A stretch of 63,328 nucleotides of DNA, counting the filler, from Craspedostauros australis (taxonomy: Eukaryota), in assembly GCA_030167865.1 (NCBI GenBank). It is 12 parts of 12 records of this genome, joined end to end, with 100 filler letters (N's around TTAATTAATTAA, not from the genome) between each part and the next. Parts side by side here need not be neighbours in the genome. Positions count along the whole stretch, not along the records: positions 9,670 to 14,206 come from JALAGF010000952.1; positions 14,307 to 16,724 come from JALAGF010000956.1; positions 16,825 to 44,593 come from JALAGF010000957.1; 9 more parts are not named here. One strand, written 5' to 3'. Positions within the stretch are counted from its first letter, which is position 1; every line of letters starts with the position of its first letter. The notes beneath the pieces are model-generated. The model did not search any database. It was not told the DNA's origin and saw only the letters and a program-made list of their open reading frames with translations. Of the stretch, positions 10,742-22,697 are shown in pieces. The position numbers and the translations under genes were made by a program.

Positions 10742-12592
10742 TTATTTTCCTGATCCCTGGTCTTCATTCGTGGAGAATTGCAGTGACTTGAGCCACACCT
10801 CCCACACCAACAGACCGTCTGGAACATAGTCCCAGTTACCCCACCCACTTGCAGCTTGCGCTTCTTCATCTTTCTCGGCTGCAACTTCAATTACACCATC
10901 AGCAGCATCAACGTTTGCATTCACATTGGTGTTGATGTTGACGTCATCACGCAGATCATCAAAAGCGCGATCGTTTTGTCCTGGATCCGTCGCATCTTGG
11001 AACGCGGTGGGGAGACTGCCCTTCATGGATGACTGGATGGGCGGATAGCTACCAGGCCATTGCATACGTTCCGCAAGTCGCTGGATCGACAGGTTGGCTG
11101 ATGCCACAATGATGGGGTACGGCATGAACGCTCCCCATGCCACCTCTTCCTCTTGCCATGTCACGCTTTCGACACTCGTGTCCATGGCGTAGCTGTACAA
11201 CGTCACGAAGCAACGGTTGTAGGAAGTGCACACCACGCAATCCAGCAATGGTTCGCTCAGTGCATCGGATCCAGCATCATCGCAGTGCAACGCCCGTACC
11301 AGGCCAAGTTCTTCCGCAACTTCGCGCCTCGCTGTCGTTTCCGACGCTTCACCGGCAAGCGACACGCCCCCAATGAACATGGAGTAGAGGGAGGGGAAGA
11401 TGCGTTTGCTGCCAGTGCGTCTGTGCACGTAGAGATCTGGATACGAGTATTGCGACAGCGTGTCGTCTTGATGATGAATGGCATCACGAATGCTCGCGTC
11501 GTCCTCTTCTGCATCACCACCATGCTCATGCTCATGCTCATGCCCATGCTGTCTGATCATCGCGGCGTCCTTCGTCACGAACATCCCAATGCCACGATGC
11601 AGGATGTTTATTGTGTGCACCAACGATCTCGGCAACCTCCCCAGAACTCGCCCTGTCTGAGACACCATTTCCACCCATTCGCCGTACCCTTTCGTCGCGT
11701 TCACATTAAGGAAGGCAAACAGTGTCTCGTATTCCTTGTCACTCAGCTCGTTCGATTGTTGCAGTACCAGAGTTTCGCTGTCATGTTGGACGCAATCCGT
11801 CAATCCGCCACTGAATGACACATTCACGTCAGCGCATCCACCAGAAGCCGCGGCTGTCGCATCCCGCAATGCACACTGCACCAGCACGCGCGAAAGAGTG
11901 GATAGCAGGAGTTGTTCTTGTTGCTGCTCGTCGCCGTCATCGTTGCCATGGCCATCCATTGAGCTCTGTACATTCTCCGCCTTCACCCGTATCTCCCACG
12001 CAGGTGCAACATCATTTCTCGTCTGCTCCTGATCTGCCATGGCCATAGTGCATTGCAGTCTTGTGGTCGCCTTCTCACGCACGGTGTCCATGGAGGTATG
12101 CAGGGCTTGAAATGAACGTGCGCCTTCCGCAGGCACCTCAGCCGGATCCACAACATCTGCAATGGGACACAGGAGCATCTGTGTCGCGTAGTCGCCGGCA
12201 GCGTTCGTGATCCTCTCCAACTCAACAACGTAGCGGCCAGCCAGTGTTCGTATCGGTGAGTCGAGACCGGATGGCACATTCGACAAGTTGTCTGTCATGT
12301 CGCCGCCGTCGTCGCCTTGTGCCATCTTCGTAGATACGATCGAAGCTCTTGACGTTGTCGCTGGTGTCGACGCTCGTGCTTGTCGAAGATACTTGGATTT
12401 GGGGGGTACGAGGACGCTGGTGCCTGTCGCAACCATGGGGTGGCCAGCGCAACCGACGAGTGTGGATGGATGGTGCGACGAGGGAGTGAAAGCGTTGAAG
12501 GAAGATGTCGACCATGCGCGCGATGTGGGAGACAGGAGACTGATCAGCATCCCACCGATCCCAACAACTACGCAGCGATTGATAGTTGTCAT
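10742..12592 (-). CDS. Nudix hydrolase (YfcD/IDI-like), probably plastid-targeted
   Basis: Nudix box GGVSLAGEASETTARREVAEELG; HRRTGSKRIFPSLY; LHRGIGMFV; QEEEVAWG. N-terminal signal peptide ending SRA|W followed by a Ser/Thr-rich transit-like segment. Confidence 0.85.
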   Translation of the reverse strand: MTTINRCVVVGIGGMLISLLSPTSRAWSTSSFNAFTPSSHHPSTLVGCAGHPMVATGTSVLVPPKSKYLRQARASTPATTSRASIVSTKMAQGDDGGDMTDNLSNVPSGLDSPIRTLAGRYVVELERITNAAGDYATQMLLCPIADVVDPAEVPAEGARSFQALHTSMDTVREKATTRLQCTMAMADQEQTRNDVAPAWEIRVKAENVQSSMDGHGNDDGDEQQQEQLLLSTLSRVLVQCALRDATAAASGGCADVNVSFSGGLTDCVQHDSETLVLQQSNELSDKEYETLFAFLNVNATKGYGEWVEMVSQTGRVLGRLPRSLVHTINILHRGIGMFVTKDAAMIRQHGHEHEHEHGGDAEEDDASIRDAIHHQDDTLSQYSYPDLYVHRRTGSKRIFPSLYSMFIGGVSLAGEASETTARREVAEELGLVRALHCDDAGSDALSEPLLDCVVCTSYNRCFVTLYSYAMDTSVESVTWQEEEVAWGAFMPYPIIVASANLSIQRLAERMQWPGSYPPIQSSMKGSLPTAFQDATDPGQNDRAFDDLRDDVNINTNVNANVDAADGVIEVAAEKDEEAQAASGWGNWDYVPDGLLVWEVWLKSLQFSTNEDQGSGK

Positions 12593-13594
12593 TCTTCGCG
12601 AGCTACCAATACGATGGGGAGCGATCTGTCGGTAGCTGTATCCAACCAGCTCGTGTACTCGCACTTGTTTGTGTGGATGGCACAGGGGCACTTATTGTGT
12701 GCGATAAATCGATGAACAGATGAACTTGAGGAATGGTGGACAGCCCTGTGCTATTAGCGCAACGCTATATTGTATTCCTAACAATGGTGACACCCGTCGA
12801 CCAATCAGAAATCTTCACATTTTTCACATTTCCGTTCGAAATGGAAATATTGGTCAAAATTCTGTTGTATCAAATTTGTGTCACACTTAGAACCGTTTTC
12901 CCTTCATTCACAGTTTTCGGATGGCATGGAACCAATTTTCTTGCCCGTCCCGAATTCTGAGAAGGTACCTCTGTCCAATCAGGACAGACTCTGGTCTTGG
13001 GTCCGATAAGACCCGGTTGTGTGACGGGACCTGCAGTCGGTCCTGGAGGGGTTGCAACTTACGGGGATTTCAACCAAACCATGCACATATTCATAAACTA
13101 GAGAAAAATATAAGAATCGTAGTGGACGCCGATTTTGCTTTAATGTCTAATTGTTTTTTATCCACCTTTGTAGATTTACGGTCCTCTTGGTCGAATATGC
13201 ACAATGCTCCGTGATGATCGCAAGGGATTGATTAGCTTTTCCGATGCAAACAACGCAATGTGCGCAGACACGTTCGGGAGAGAAAACATTTTGACGGGTT
13301 GCGCACGGAATTTGACATTTCAGCGACGCCATTGTTCGGCCTGTCCGAACACGTTTTTGAAATAACAAACCGTTAGTTGACGTTGGCATTCAAATTCAAA
13401 TTTGACTCTCGTCACATGTCACCAATCTCCTCACATTTTGCCGCCAAATCGAGTTTTGCTTTTCTGCGGTGGTGTGCTGTGCTTGTGGCATGTTCATGTA
13501 GTTCTTGTATTGTCACCTTCTTGCACTCCTCCTGCTCAGTTCATTTCCATCTTTACTAGTTTTCTCTATCCACCCATCAGTACCAATCAGCATC

Positions 13595-14206
13595 ATGCCC
13601 GTCTCTACCACGAAAGCTGCGTCGAAGGACGCCAATCCTTCTCCCTCCAAGAAGCAGCGTTTTCCCTCCTCTCCATCCGTGCGTCCCTTCCCATCCGATC
13701 CGATTGATTGCAAGGAACTCTTCGCACCGTCTACTGCTGAGAAGCTCTTGCCTCCATTGGATATGGATTGTAAGCAGCACAATCCAACTTCTGCAACAGA
13801 CAAGCTCCTCCCTCCTGTGCTCGAAGGCGCGACCTTCGACAACGAGTGTGACGTTGAGATCCTAGGCAACCACGAGCAAAATCGCACACTCAATGCAACC
13901 AACGAGAAGCTCTTCGTCTGTGTGCACATCACCACCGANAATGGCATGATTCTTGACACCTCCAAGGNCACAGTCCAGGCCTTTGGACAGGGCTCCAATG
14001 CTGGGACAAAAGTGCATGTCAAAGTNTGCGTCCCNACTCCTCCAGCTTTCCCCGCACCCCTTCCCGCACCGACTATCCAACCAGCAAAGAAAGGCAAGCG
14101 CATCCAATGCCGCAAGGCTGGTGACAACGAAGCCTTCCGCCCCAAGGGACGCAACAAAATCAAGAGCAGGAAATCAAATGCGGGAAGATTCCAAAACAAG
14201 CACAAC
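13595..14206 (+). CDS. Hypothetical protein, 3' truncated, probably repeat-associated
   Basis: Open frame from MPVSTTKAASK with an internal duplicated TA(E/D)KLLPP-type segment. Scattered ambiguous bases suggest a collapsed repeat. Confidence 0.4.
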
Positions 14207-14306
14207 NNNNNNNNNNNNNNNNNNNNNNNNNNNNNNNNNNNNNNNNNNNNTTAATTAATTAANNNNNNNNNNNNNNNNNNNNNNNNNNNNNNNNNNNNNN
14301 NNNNNN

Positions 14307-14738
14307 CCAGGAGCAAAGTGGTACTCCCACAAGTCGCACTCGGCCGGACTGACATATGAGCTTGGGATATCACTCACAGAGAGCAAGCTGGTGTGGATCA
14401 ATGGTCCATTTCCGGCTTCAACTTCAGATCTTGTGATGTATCGCAAGCCAGGCGGTCTCAAATCCAAGATCCCACCAAATGCCCTGGTGATTGCAGATGG
14501 GGGGTACAACAACGAGCCCACAATCAGTGCCCCAAATCCGTGCGATTCTGCTGCTGTGAGGAAGTTCAAGAACAGAGCAAGAGCACGGCATGAGAGCTTC
14601 AACGGGAGGATAAAGAATTTCAGGGCACTCGCGGGCGGCTACCGGAACCAACTGCACAAGCATCAGTGCTTATTTGAGACATGCTGTGTTCTGATTCAGT
14701 ATGAGCTCGACAATGGGCACCCGATATTCGATATCTAA
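14307..14738 (+). CDS. PIF/Harbinger (IS5-like, DDE_Tnp_4) transposase, C-terminal fragment
   Basis: WYSHK...GLTYELGI...WINGPFPAS.SD; VIADGGY; RARARHESFNGRIKNF. Confidence 0.8.
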   Translation, partial: PGAKWYSHKSHSAGLTYELGISLTESKLVWINGPFPASTSDLVMYRKPGGLKSKIPPNALVIADGGYNNEPTISAPNPCDSAAVRKFKNRARARHESFNGRIKNFRALAGGYRNQLHKHQCLFETCCVLIQYELDNGHPIFDI

Positions 14739-14804
14739 TGGTAATGCAGGTAGAGAACTGTAGTTGATAACTGTTCCAAATACTTCATGTTACTAATTGG
14801 TTGT

Positions 14805-16716
14805 TTAGGCATGAGAAAAGAAGTCTGCGAGTTCATCATCAAAATCCTCAGTCTCACTGTCACTGTTGCCGTCACTGCTGGGAAGAGTCGTGTTGACTGC
14901 GAAGTCGATTGCTGCAGGCTTGCCGTCCTCGACAATCTCTTGAGACTTCATCTTCTTTGGACTATTATGGGCACCCGTCATGGGAGGAGAACGCTTGAGA
15001 TGCTGCCCTGGGTCGCCCATGATTGTATCTGCTCTGCGGTTCGAATCCGGAGGGGCGCCACAAGCAACAGCTACAGGCTTGATTGCTGCATTCTTGAATG
15101 CTGCTGGCTGCTTCCTAGCAGCGGGCTCCAAAGTTCCCGATGGTGCATTGGGCATCGTCAATCCCAATGCAGCAACGTCCTTCGCATTTGCGGCCGGATC
15201 CACACGTGTTGGACCAGCGACATTCTCATTGCTGTACGTTGGATCCGNAATTGTGCGATCGACGATGGTTCCATTGCTATAGGCTGGGTCCGGAGTTGTT
15301 TGATTGATGCCGATACCACCGTTGCTGTAGGNTGCATCCGGTTCTTCCAAACCGTGCTGGTATCTTGAGCTGGCACCACTTGACTTGTCGCTGATGCTCA
15401 TGTCATCACTCTTGTTGTTGGTGATTGTAAATGACGCTGTATATGAAAGAAGTTGACATGTACATGCAAAAAGAGTAGTTAGTGTTTGTTTGCAAGTTCC
15501 TATTTGTGTGTTACTGCTATGTCATGCAAAGCACAAGTCAATCAGACGGAAGCCAATGGCTGTGTTACGCACCTGCTTTCTCCATCATGTTGAAGAACGC
15601 ATCTTCATCATCGTTGGTCTCCTCTTCCAGGACGACCTTTCCATGGAAACCCTTGATGGCGACTTTCCAGCTCACCATATTCATCGGGATCATGATGCTC
15701 TTCTGGGTCTTTTGGTGAGTCAGAATCTTGGGGATCGGACGGTACTTCCGAGTCAAGCGCTCTGGCTCGTTGCCAAAGAAGCTGGTGGAGAGCTCCATGC
15801 CATCAGGGCAGCGGAAGTACGTGTACTTCTTCTCGATGCCCCTGCTGATCTCACGGTTGGCGATCTTGTTGAAGGCATTTCTCTCTCTGTCCATGTTCGG
15901 ATCAACTTCGCCCTTCTTCAGGGCAAACATGGTCTCCGTGGACTTCTCGAGCATCAGGGCCGGGATGGCAGGCTCTTCGATCTTGATCGACTTGCCATCG
16001 TCGCAGAGTGAAGCCTTCACCTTTGCAACATCATCCTTGTCAAGAACGAACTTGCGAATGACGAGGCAATCGAAGGAGCGGCCGTCCACTACCACATCAT
16101 CGACACGATAGATGATCGTGTTATCCGCGTTTTGGAATGGATGGGAGAGGTTGATGTTGTACTCCATCCCATGGTCCTCGTCGTCGGCATAGTCAGTGTC
16201 GTCGTCACTTGCCTTCGTCATCTTGCTGCCTGTGCTGAAGTTGATCCTTCGTTGGTGTTGTGGCGAAATTGTATTCGTTGCTGTTGACGCTGGCGTAGTG
16301 GTCACAACAATGGGAGGTCTTGATTGCGGGAGAGGTGTTTCGATGAGGGCTTCGTTGTGTTTGTGATCTGCACTGTGATGGGTTGTTGGCGTCGTTTTGT
16401 GAGCAGTATTGTTGCCTGTCAGGCCGAGGGCTGTTCGATGCGTTGCTCGCAGCGCTTTCATGCCAGCCTTGTCCAAGTTGCGCTCGAGGTAGTACTTCCT
16501 CTGCCTGCTCGCTGTGCGCTCCGCAGTGGCAGGTCCGCCAAGGATGTGCTGCTTGCTGTTGCAATACACGCGAAAGCTGTCGAAGCGGCTCGATTCGAGG
16601 AGATACTCGAGGATGGCCAGATCAACCTCTGGAGCTACCGTTTTGAAGTTTGAACGGTTGGGTGTTGCTTTGCGGGTACCAGCAGAGCGCGGCGTGGGTG
16701 AAACAAGATGTGCCAT
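14805..16716 (-). CDS. Probable transposon accessory protein, two exons (16716-15573, 15436-14805), ~591 aa
   Basis: G|GTGCGT donor and TACAG acceptor with a CTAAC branch site join the two ORFs in frame. Lies tail-to-tail with the transposase. Confidence 0.65.
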
Positions 16717-16986
16717 TGCGCTGTNNNNNNNNNNNNNNNNNNNNNNNNNNNNNNNNNNNNNNNNNNNNTTAATTAATTAANNNNNNNNNNNNNNNNNNNN
16801 NNNNNNNNNNNNNNNNNNNNNNNNAGCACGACGCATGATCATTGTTTGTTCAATTCCCACAACTGCAACGATTATTATAAATTTAACACATGAGGCATGT
16901 CGTGAGTCAACCTGGCCAGCGAAAAAGGGTTTGAAAAAAAAACGACTTCTCGTAAAGCGTATTTGGGCTAGTCCGTTGAGTCGCAG

Positions 16987-17062
16987 TTTGTCTGTGGAGA
17001 CAAATGGACCCCAATTTGCCTGTGGAGACAAATTGCACCTCCAATTTGCCTGGGGAGACAAG
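16987..17062. repeat. Three copies of a quasi-palindromic 18-mer TTTG(T/C)CTG(T/G)GGAGACAA(A/G), ~29-bp period
   Basis: Copies start at 16987, 17015 and 17045. The first copy has perfect arms TTTGTCT/AGACAAA. Confidence 0.8.
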
Positions 17063-17300
17063 CCACGTAGGCCAGTACCAGGCCAAAATCATTATGGATA
17101 TGGTTGTGACCGCCTCTGTGAGGGGATTTTGAAATTATATCTATTGTGCAGATTGAGCCAAAAACCGCTCAGTCCGGAGACTTCAAAGATGGAGAGTCGA
17201 ATTTCTCGAAACAAAAGGCAAGATCCTACCAGCCTCCTGTAGAATTCTACGTGAAGCCATACATGGCCAAACAATTCCCAGTCCGTCCGTCGTCCGAAGG

Positions 17301-17534
17301 CAAAACCACACCAAGAGGGTCAACAAACAGATAAAGATTGACGAGATGGTAGTAACAAGAAGGTAATGTTACTGCTTTCCTGGATAACCCTGGCTCTTAA
17401 GTTTACGTAGATGTGAAGAGATGTTGGATTGAGTGCCTACAACTTAAAGTCTGAGATCGGGAAAAACGGGCCCAAAATCTGTAGCCAACTGTAGCCAAAC
17501 ATCGCCAATTTTTTGGTCTGTTTCTTCGAGACAC
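17301..17534 (+). repeat. Dispersed ~230-bp repeat, copy 1 (inverted relative to 38295-38508)
   Basis: For example, CTCTTAAGTTTACGTAGATGT and AAGTCTGAGATCGGGAAAAA match the reverse complement of the 38.3-kb copy. Confidence 0.85.
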
Positions 17535-18178
17535 AAGGTGTCAAAGATCTCAGAAATCCTCACAGCGGAACAACAACGCGACAACACGACGTGCCGCGCT
17601 CCTCCGACTCTTCTTGCCACTGCGACAACAATCCTCCGCAGGAGGACAAGAGAGGCAGGGACTCGCGCGAGTACCCACATGGTGATTGGCGCTAACATTA
17701 TGCACACCATCAACAGAAGTAACAGCAGCAGCAACTGCGGCGAAGAAGATCAGGCACGGCGCTCTCCTCTTCAGCGGCCTCCCCTCATCCCGCCCAGCAC
17801 GATCAAGCAAGCGAATCATATCCTCCCCTCCGGTCTCTCCTGTCATCTCCGCGCACGAGTATCGTGGACATTGCTGATCACCGTGGGCACACCGTCAATA
17901 TCCTCTGCGCGATACGACCTACGCAAGTGAGTGACAGTTCCCATCCACTCTTGTCCGGTTGGTTGGTCGTTTGGCTGAGGGAGTGTTCACATGATTCTGA
18001 TGAACTGAGAGATGCATGGTTCATCATCGCCAAGGCTCACACAACTGCCTTTACGTATGCTTTTCATTTCGTCCATCTCCATTCATTACTACGAACGCAC
18101 TGTGATGAATGACGTTGCGAAGGAATATCGGATCTGGTCCAAGCTTCGCATGGCACATGTCAAAAGGTTGATCACGAG

Positions 18179-20488
18179 ATGGACCAATCGAATGGACCCG
18201 CCGATGATCTCCCACAGGACAGATATGGACAAACAGAGCTGATGCAGGCTTGTCGTGATGGAGATGTTTGGAAGGTCAAGAGCCTGATCGAAGCAAGTCC
18301 CTTGCGTATCAATAGCGCACTAACCGACCTCAGTGGATTCACGCTGTTCCATCACGCTTGCTGCAGCACAAATGCAGACGTTGTAGAGTACTTGGTCGAA
18401 TCGACGCAGGTCGATATTGACGCAAATGCGCAAACCAGAGATATGTACACACCATTGCACCTTGCGTGTATGTACCATTCTCTCGACGTGGTCGACTACC
18501 TCTGCGAAACGAAGGAACTTCATGTCGATCAGTTCCTTCGTGACCGTAATGGTGACATGCCTATTCACATCGTGTGTGCCAACAGGGATCTTTGGGCGTT
18601 GAAGAGCCTGGTAGAAGCCGACCGGACCAAGACAGTTTGCAACGCACCAGACTCCAATGGCTGCACGGCACTGCACCATGCGTGCGGATACCCCCATGAA
18701 TGCATAGAGTACCTCATCAATACCTGTCCGTCTAGCCTTGATGTCAACATCCAAGCCAAGGACGGCAGAACACCGGCCCATCACTTGTCTCAGTTTCGTT
18801 GTGGCCAGTTGATGAAGGTTCTACTTCGAACGGATCAGGCCTACTTAGATCTCACCATCGCAGACAGCAACGGCGACACGCCGTTTCAGCTGGCTTGCAA
18901 GAGTGCAACAAGAGAGGTAATTGAGCTTATGATGACCTCGGGCAAAGTGAAGATCGACCTGAAGACAACGAACAAGTCTGGTCACACGCCATTCCACTAC
19001 GCATGCATGAATGATATTGAAGGCGTGGCTCCATGTTTCGTCCAACTGGGCTTAGCTTCCATTGATTTCAGCGCACAAGACAATGAAGGGAATACACCAA
19101 TTCACTACTTGTGCGAAGAGGAAGCCGGCGAGTTGATGAGGGTCTTGGTGGAACTTGTATTGGACCAACTCAACAACGCATTCAGCATCCAGAACAAGGC
19201 AGGAAAGACACCGTTTCACTGTGCGTGCAGCCACGGAGACGATGCAGAAGATCTCATCCAGTATCTCATGGAATCAAACCAAATCAACATTGACTACGAC
19301 CTCCATGATGCAAAAGGCCACACGCCATTCCATTCCGCCTGCGAAGCTGGAAGTATAGGTGTCGTACAGTACTTCATTGAATCGAATGAGATGGACGTTG
19401 GAGTCTACACAAGAGACAGAACCGGCAATACACCACTCCATATTGTGTGCAACACAAGTGATGACTACTTGATGAGGTACCTTCTTGGGTTGGACGAAGA
19501 CAACATCGGCATGACCTTGCAAAATAACGATGGCAATACGCCTCTTCATCTTGCAACGCTTCATCCGAAGAGTTCTTTCCTTTGGAAAATTAGTGAGAAT
19601 GAAGATACTCATTTCGACCTGGCACTCCAGAACAACGATGGGGACACAGCGCTCCATATAATGGCGAGATCTGGTTGGATTGATCATTCCGATTGGCTGG
19701 ATTCCATTGGTTCTCGTGACATCGATGGCACCATCCGAAACAACGACGGAAATACACCGCTTCACCTCGCGTACACGAACGAAAACACATACATGCTCGA
19801 CAGCCTGCTTGAGTTGAACAAAGTGAAGGTGGATATCAATGCGCAGAACAACGATGGCAACACTGCTCTGCATCTTGCATACCAAAATGAGTCATCACAT
19901 CTCTTCCAGGTGGAGTACTTGAGTGGATTTCACGAAGATCGGTTTGACCCTACCATTCAAAACAACAACGGTGACACCCCAGCCCACTACTCCAAGAGAG
20001 ATCACAGAGTGTTTGCCGTCGATCAAGAAATGAAGCTCACGAAACTCTACGATCTCATCCGAAAGGAAGTCATTTCGAACCACAACTTGGGTCAAGTTTG
20101 CACCATCGAAAGCGGATACGCGATGGATTGTTTAATCACATCGGCACAACCACTGGCGGACATGCAGAACAAGAACGGTGACACACCAATGCACCAGGCA
20201 GCCAGAAACGGGTTTCTCAGCATGGCGGAGTCTTTGATTGAGGCAGATGGAGGAGCCGATGCGAGAATTCAAGATCGTGACGGTGATACGCCGTTGCATG
20301 TGGCGAGTAGGAATGCTGAGAGGGGAGTGGTGGAGGTATTGCTCAACAGCACGGGTGTGACGATCGATTTGGATATCAAGAACAACGCTGGCGAAGCTGC
20401 ACTAGACATTGCGGAAAAGAGAGGGCTGAGCGACATCGTGGAGTTGTTGGATGGAGCACCTGCGAAGAAGTGCTTCCAGTTGAAGTGA
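18179..20488 (+). CDS. Ankyrin repeat protein (769 aa)
   Basis: Many G-x-T-P/A-L/F-H-x-A-C repeats, e.g. NNDGNTPLHLA and DRDGDTPLHVA. Confidence 0.95.
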   Translation: MDQSNGPADDLPQDRYGQTELMQACRDGDVWKVKSLIEASPLRINSALTDLSGFTLFHHACCSTNADVVEYLVESTQVDIDANAQTRDMYTPLHLACMYHSLDVVDYLCETKELHVDQFLRDRNGDMPIHIVCANRDLWALKSLVEADRTKTVCNAPDSNGCTALHHACGYPHECIEYLINTCPSSLDVNIQAKDGRTPAHHLSQFRCGQLMKVLLRTDQAYLDLTIADSNGDTPFQLACKSATREVIELMMTSGKVKIDLKTTNKSGHTPFHYACMNDIEGVAPCFVQLGLASIDFSAQDNEGNTPIHYLCEEEAGELMRVLVELVLDQLNNAFSIQNKAGKTPFHCACSHGDDAEDLIQYLMESNQINIDYDLHDAKGHTPFHSACEAGSIGVVQYFIESNEMDVGVYTRDRTGNTPLHIVCNTSDDYLMRYLLGLDEDNIGMTLQNNDGNTPLHLATLHPKSSFLWKISENEDTHFDLALQNNDGDTALHIMARSGWIDHSDWLDSIGSRDIDGTIRNNDGNTPLHLAYTNENTYMLDSLLELNKVKVDINAQNNDGNTALHLAYQNESSHLFQVEYLSGFHEDRFDPTIQNNNGDTPAHYSKRDHRVFAVDQEMKLTKLYDLIRKEVISNHNLGQVCTIESGYAMDCLITSAQPLADMQNKNGDTPMHQAARNGFLSMAESLIEADGGADARIQDRDGDTPLHVASRNAERGVVEVLLNSTGVTIDLDIKNNAGEAALDIAEKRGLSDIVELLDGAPAKKCFQLK

Positions 20489-22697
20489 GGTGGCGGTATC
20501 AATAACCGCAGAGCTAGGCGAGCCCAACCACGCCGGTATTGGATCACTCAAACGCTCTAATCTACATAAAGTATCCTTCTGTGTTACTATTCATGATCGT
20601 ATTGGGAATCAAGTGCACTGTTCTTTGCTGATACAACTGTCACGTGGTTGGTGCGAAGTGGTTGTCGTTGCTGCAGTCCGGAAGAGCAAGGGATACATGA
20701 GGACGATGTGCAGCACGACACATAGCTTCCGAAAGCGGAGCAGCAACTGCCGTTCCAGCCCTCCGTGTTTCTAGCAACGTGTTGAACCTTGTGCTGCGCT
20801 TCAGTTGGAGGCTCCACGGTTATGATGTGAATGGTTCTTCGCACCATGCCGCTGTGCGCTTCACAAATTGCAGTGCCTTGAACACATGGGATACCTCATG
20901 ACACATGCATGATGGATGGCGTACAAGTCTCAATCATCGTCGCTCGACATCGAATCGTCGTCGTCATGGCAGAACTGGTGGTGGATTCGGGGGGAGCCAG
21001 CTTATCTGCTTCCGACGTCTCTGTCTCTGAGTGTCAAACTCATGGCACTTGATGAACCGCTGACTGCGAAGACCGACATCAGCAGCTGCGAGCCGATCAT
21101 GCGCACAATATAAGAGAATTCTCTCTTCATGGGCGCTCAAGATATAAGCTTGCCTGCAGCGCTTCGTCGTGTCATGTGCATGCATAGTGCCTTTCTTTGA
21201 AGCATTGCTGGCAACTGTGTTTGCTGAAGTGTTGTCGACAACCAGCATATCTGGTACGTATGGCGCTTGCGTAGTCCTCCCGATTGCTCTGCTGCGATGT
21301 CGGTTGCTGGTCGCACCTTTCACTGTAGTCCCGACCATCGATATGCATGGCGCAGGAGCTGATATTGATGATACGGCTGACCATTGTGGCATGGGTTGAT
21401 CTGTGGAAGTCCACATCATGATCATCGTGACTTCATTCGTGGTGATGGAGTCCCCATGAGATTGTTGAATGCGTTGCTGGCATGCTTGTAGGAGCAATGC
21501 TGTGTTCCATATCTTTCCGTCTTTCTTGTCTCCCATCACCTTCTCTTAATCATGGCCGACGCTTGCCGTCACGTCGCGTCATGTTCAGTTACGCCAAGCG
21601 CCACCTCTTCTCTACGCCACGAGCATGGGGATACATCTGTGCCAACACCGTTGCCATGTGGTCATCATCTTGAACGCCGCGCTTCATCAGCGCTCATCAA
21701 TAACGGTGGAAGTTGATCAAACCTTCATCCACCAACCCCAGTCCATGTCACACTTCCATCTCCATGCCTCTTTGTTGCATCGCTGTCGCTGTCACCGCAG
21801 CCGCCATCTTATCTCATCTTTCTCAGCCTGGCAAACAAGAAGAGAAGCCACAAGTTTGGCGATCTCGCGCCATTTTTGTTCTTGTTTGGTCGTGTCCAAA
21901 CGAGTCTCCAACTTCCACGATCAAATTGTGTGATTCATTCAGATGAGTCGATAAAGGTATCCACGAACATGTGTCACACCCATCAAACCGCCTCTTGGCC
22001 TTCTCTCTTCCGCACATCTCATCCGGACAACATCATCAAACTACCTACTGGACGAAGCATGTCCGAAGACACCCATCAACCTGAAGCATTGTGCGCTGCT
22101 AAGACAGCAAGCGAGGCAGCATCCAGGTTCGAAGCAATGGATACAACGGTGGAGTTGAGTTGAGTTGAGTTGAGTACTCCTGCGTGATCATGGCGTGGGC
22201 CAAAATCAAATGGTTTTTGCGGTCACCTGTCGCGACGTGGATGACTGTTGCATAACCAACAACAATATCGTCCCCGACCCTCGATGGGAAGGATCGTTGC
22301 CTGTGCGTCTTGGGGTCTCTGCTGTGCATCATCTTGCAACCAGAGGCGCCATGACGTTGACTACGATAGGGCTTGTTGGACCGTGGGAAGCACGATGGCG
22401 GCAGGTATCCCTCCGCGGCTAGTTTTCGGCCTTGCCGAGAGCGCACAAGTAGGATGGCTGGAGTCAAACCCGTGCAACATTATTCCTGTATTCTGCACAG
22501 TCGAACAGAGTAGAGTGGCTCGTAGCTCGTAGATTGGTATGCTATGGTATGGTATGCTTCCAGTATATAGTAGGTGTCGTACTCTCTCTCTTTCTCTCTG
22601 GAGAGCAAGAGGGAGACAGCATTGCTCGACCACTCTCCTCACCCATCGAATCCACAGCACCGTTGCCACTGATCAACCTGAATCTTCACAGCATCTA

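Noticed and set aside
20490..22690. Short ORFs between the ankyrin and GT61 genes
   Set aside because: No recognisable motifs or consistent splice model.
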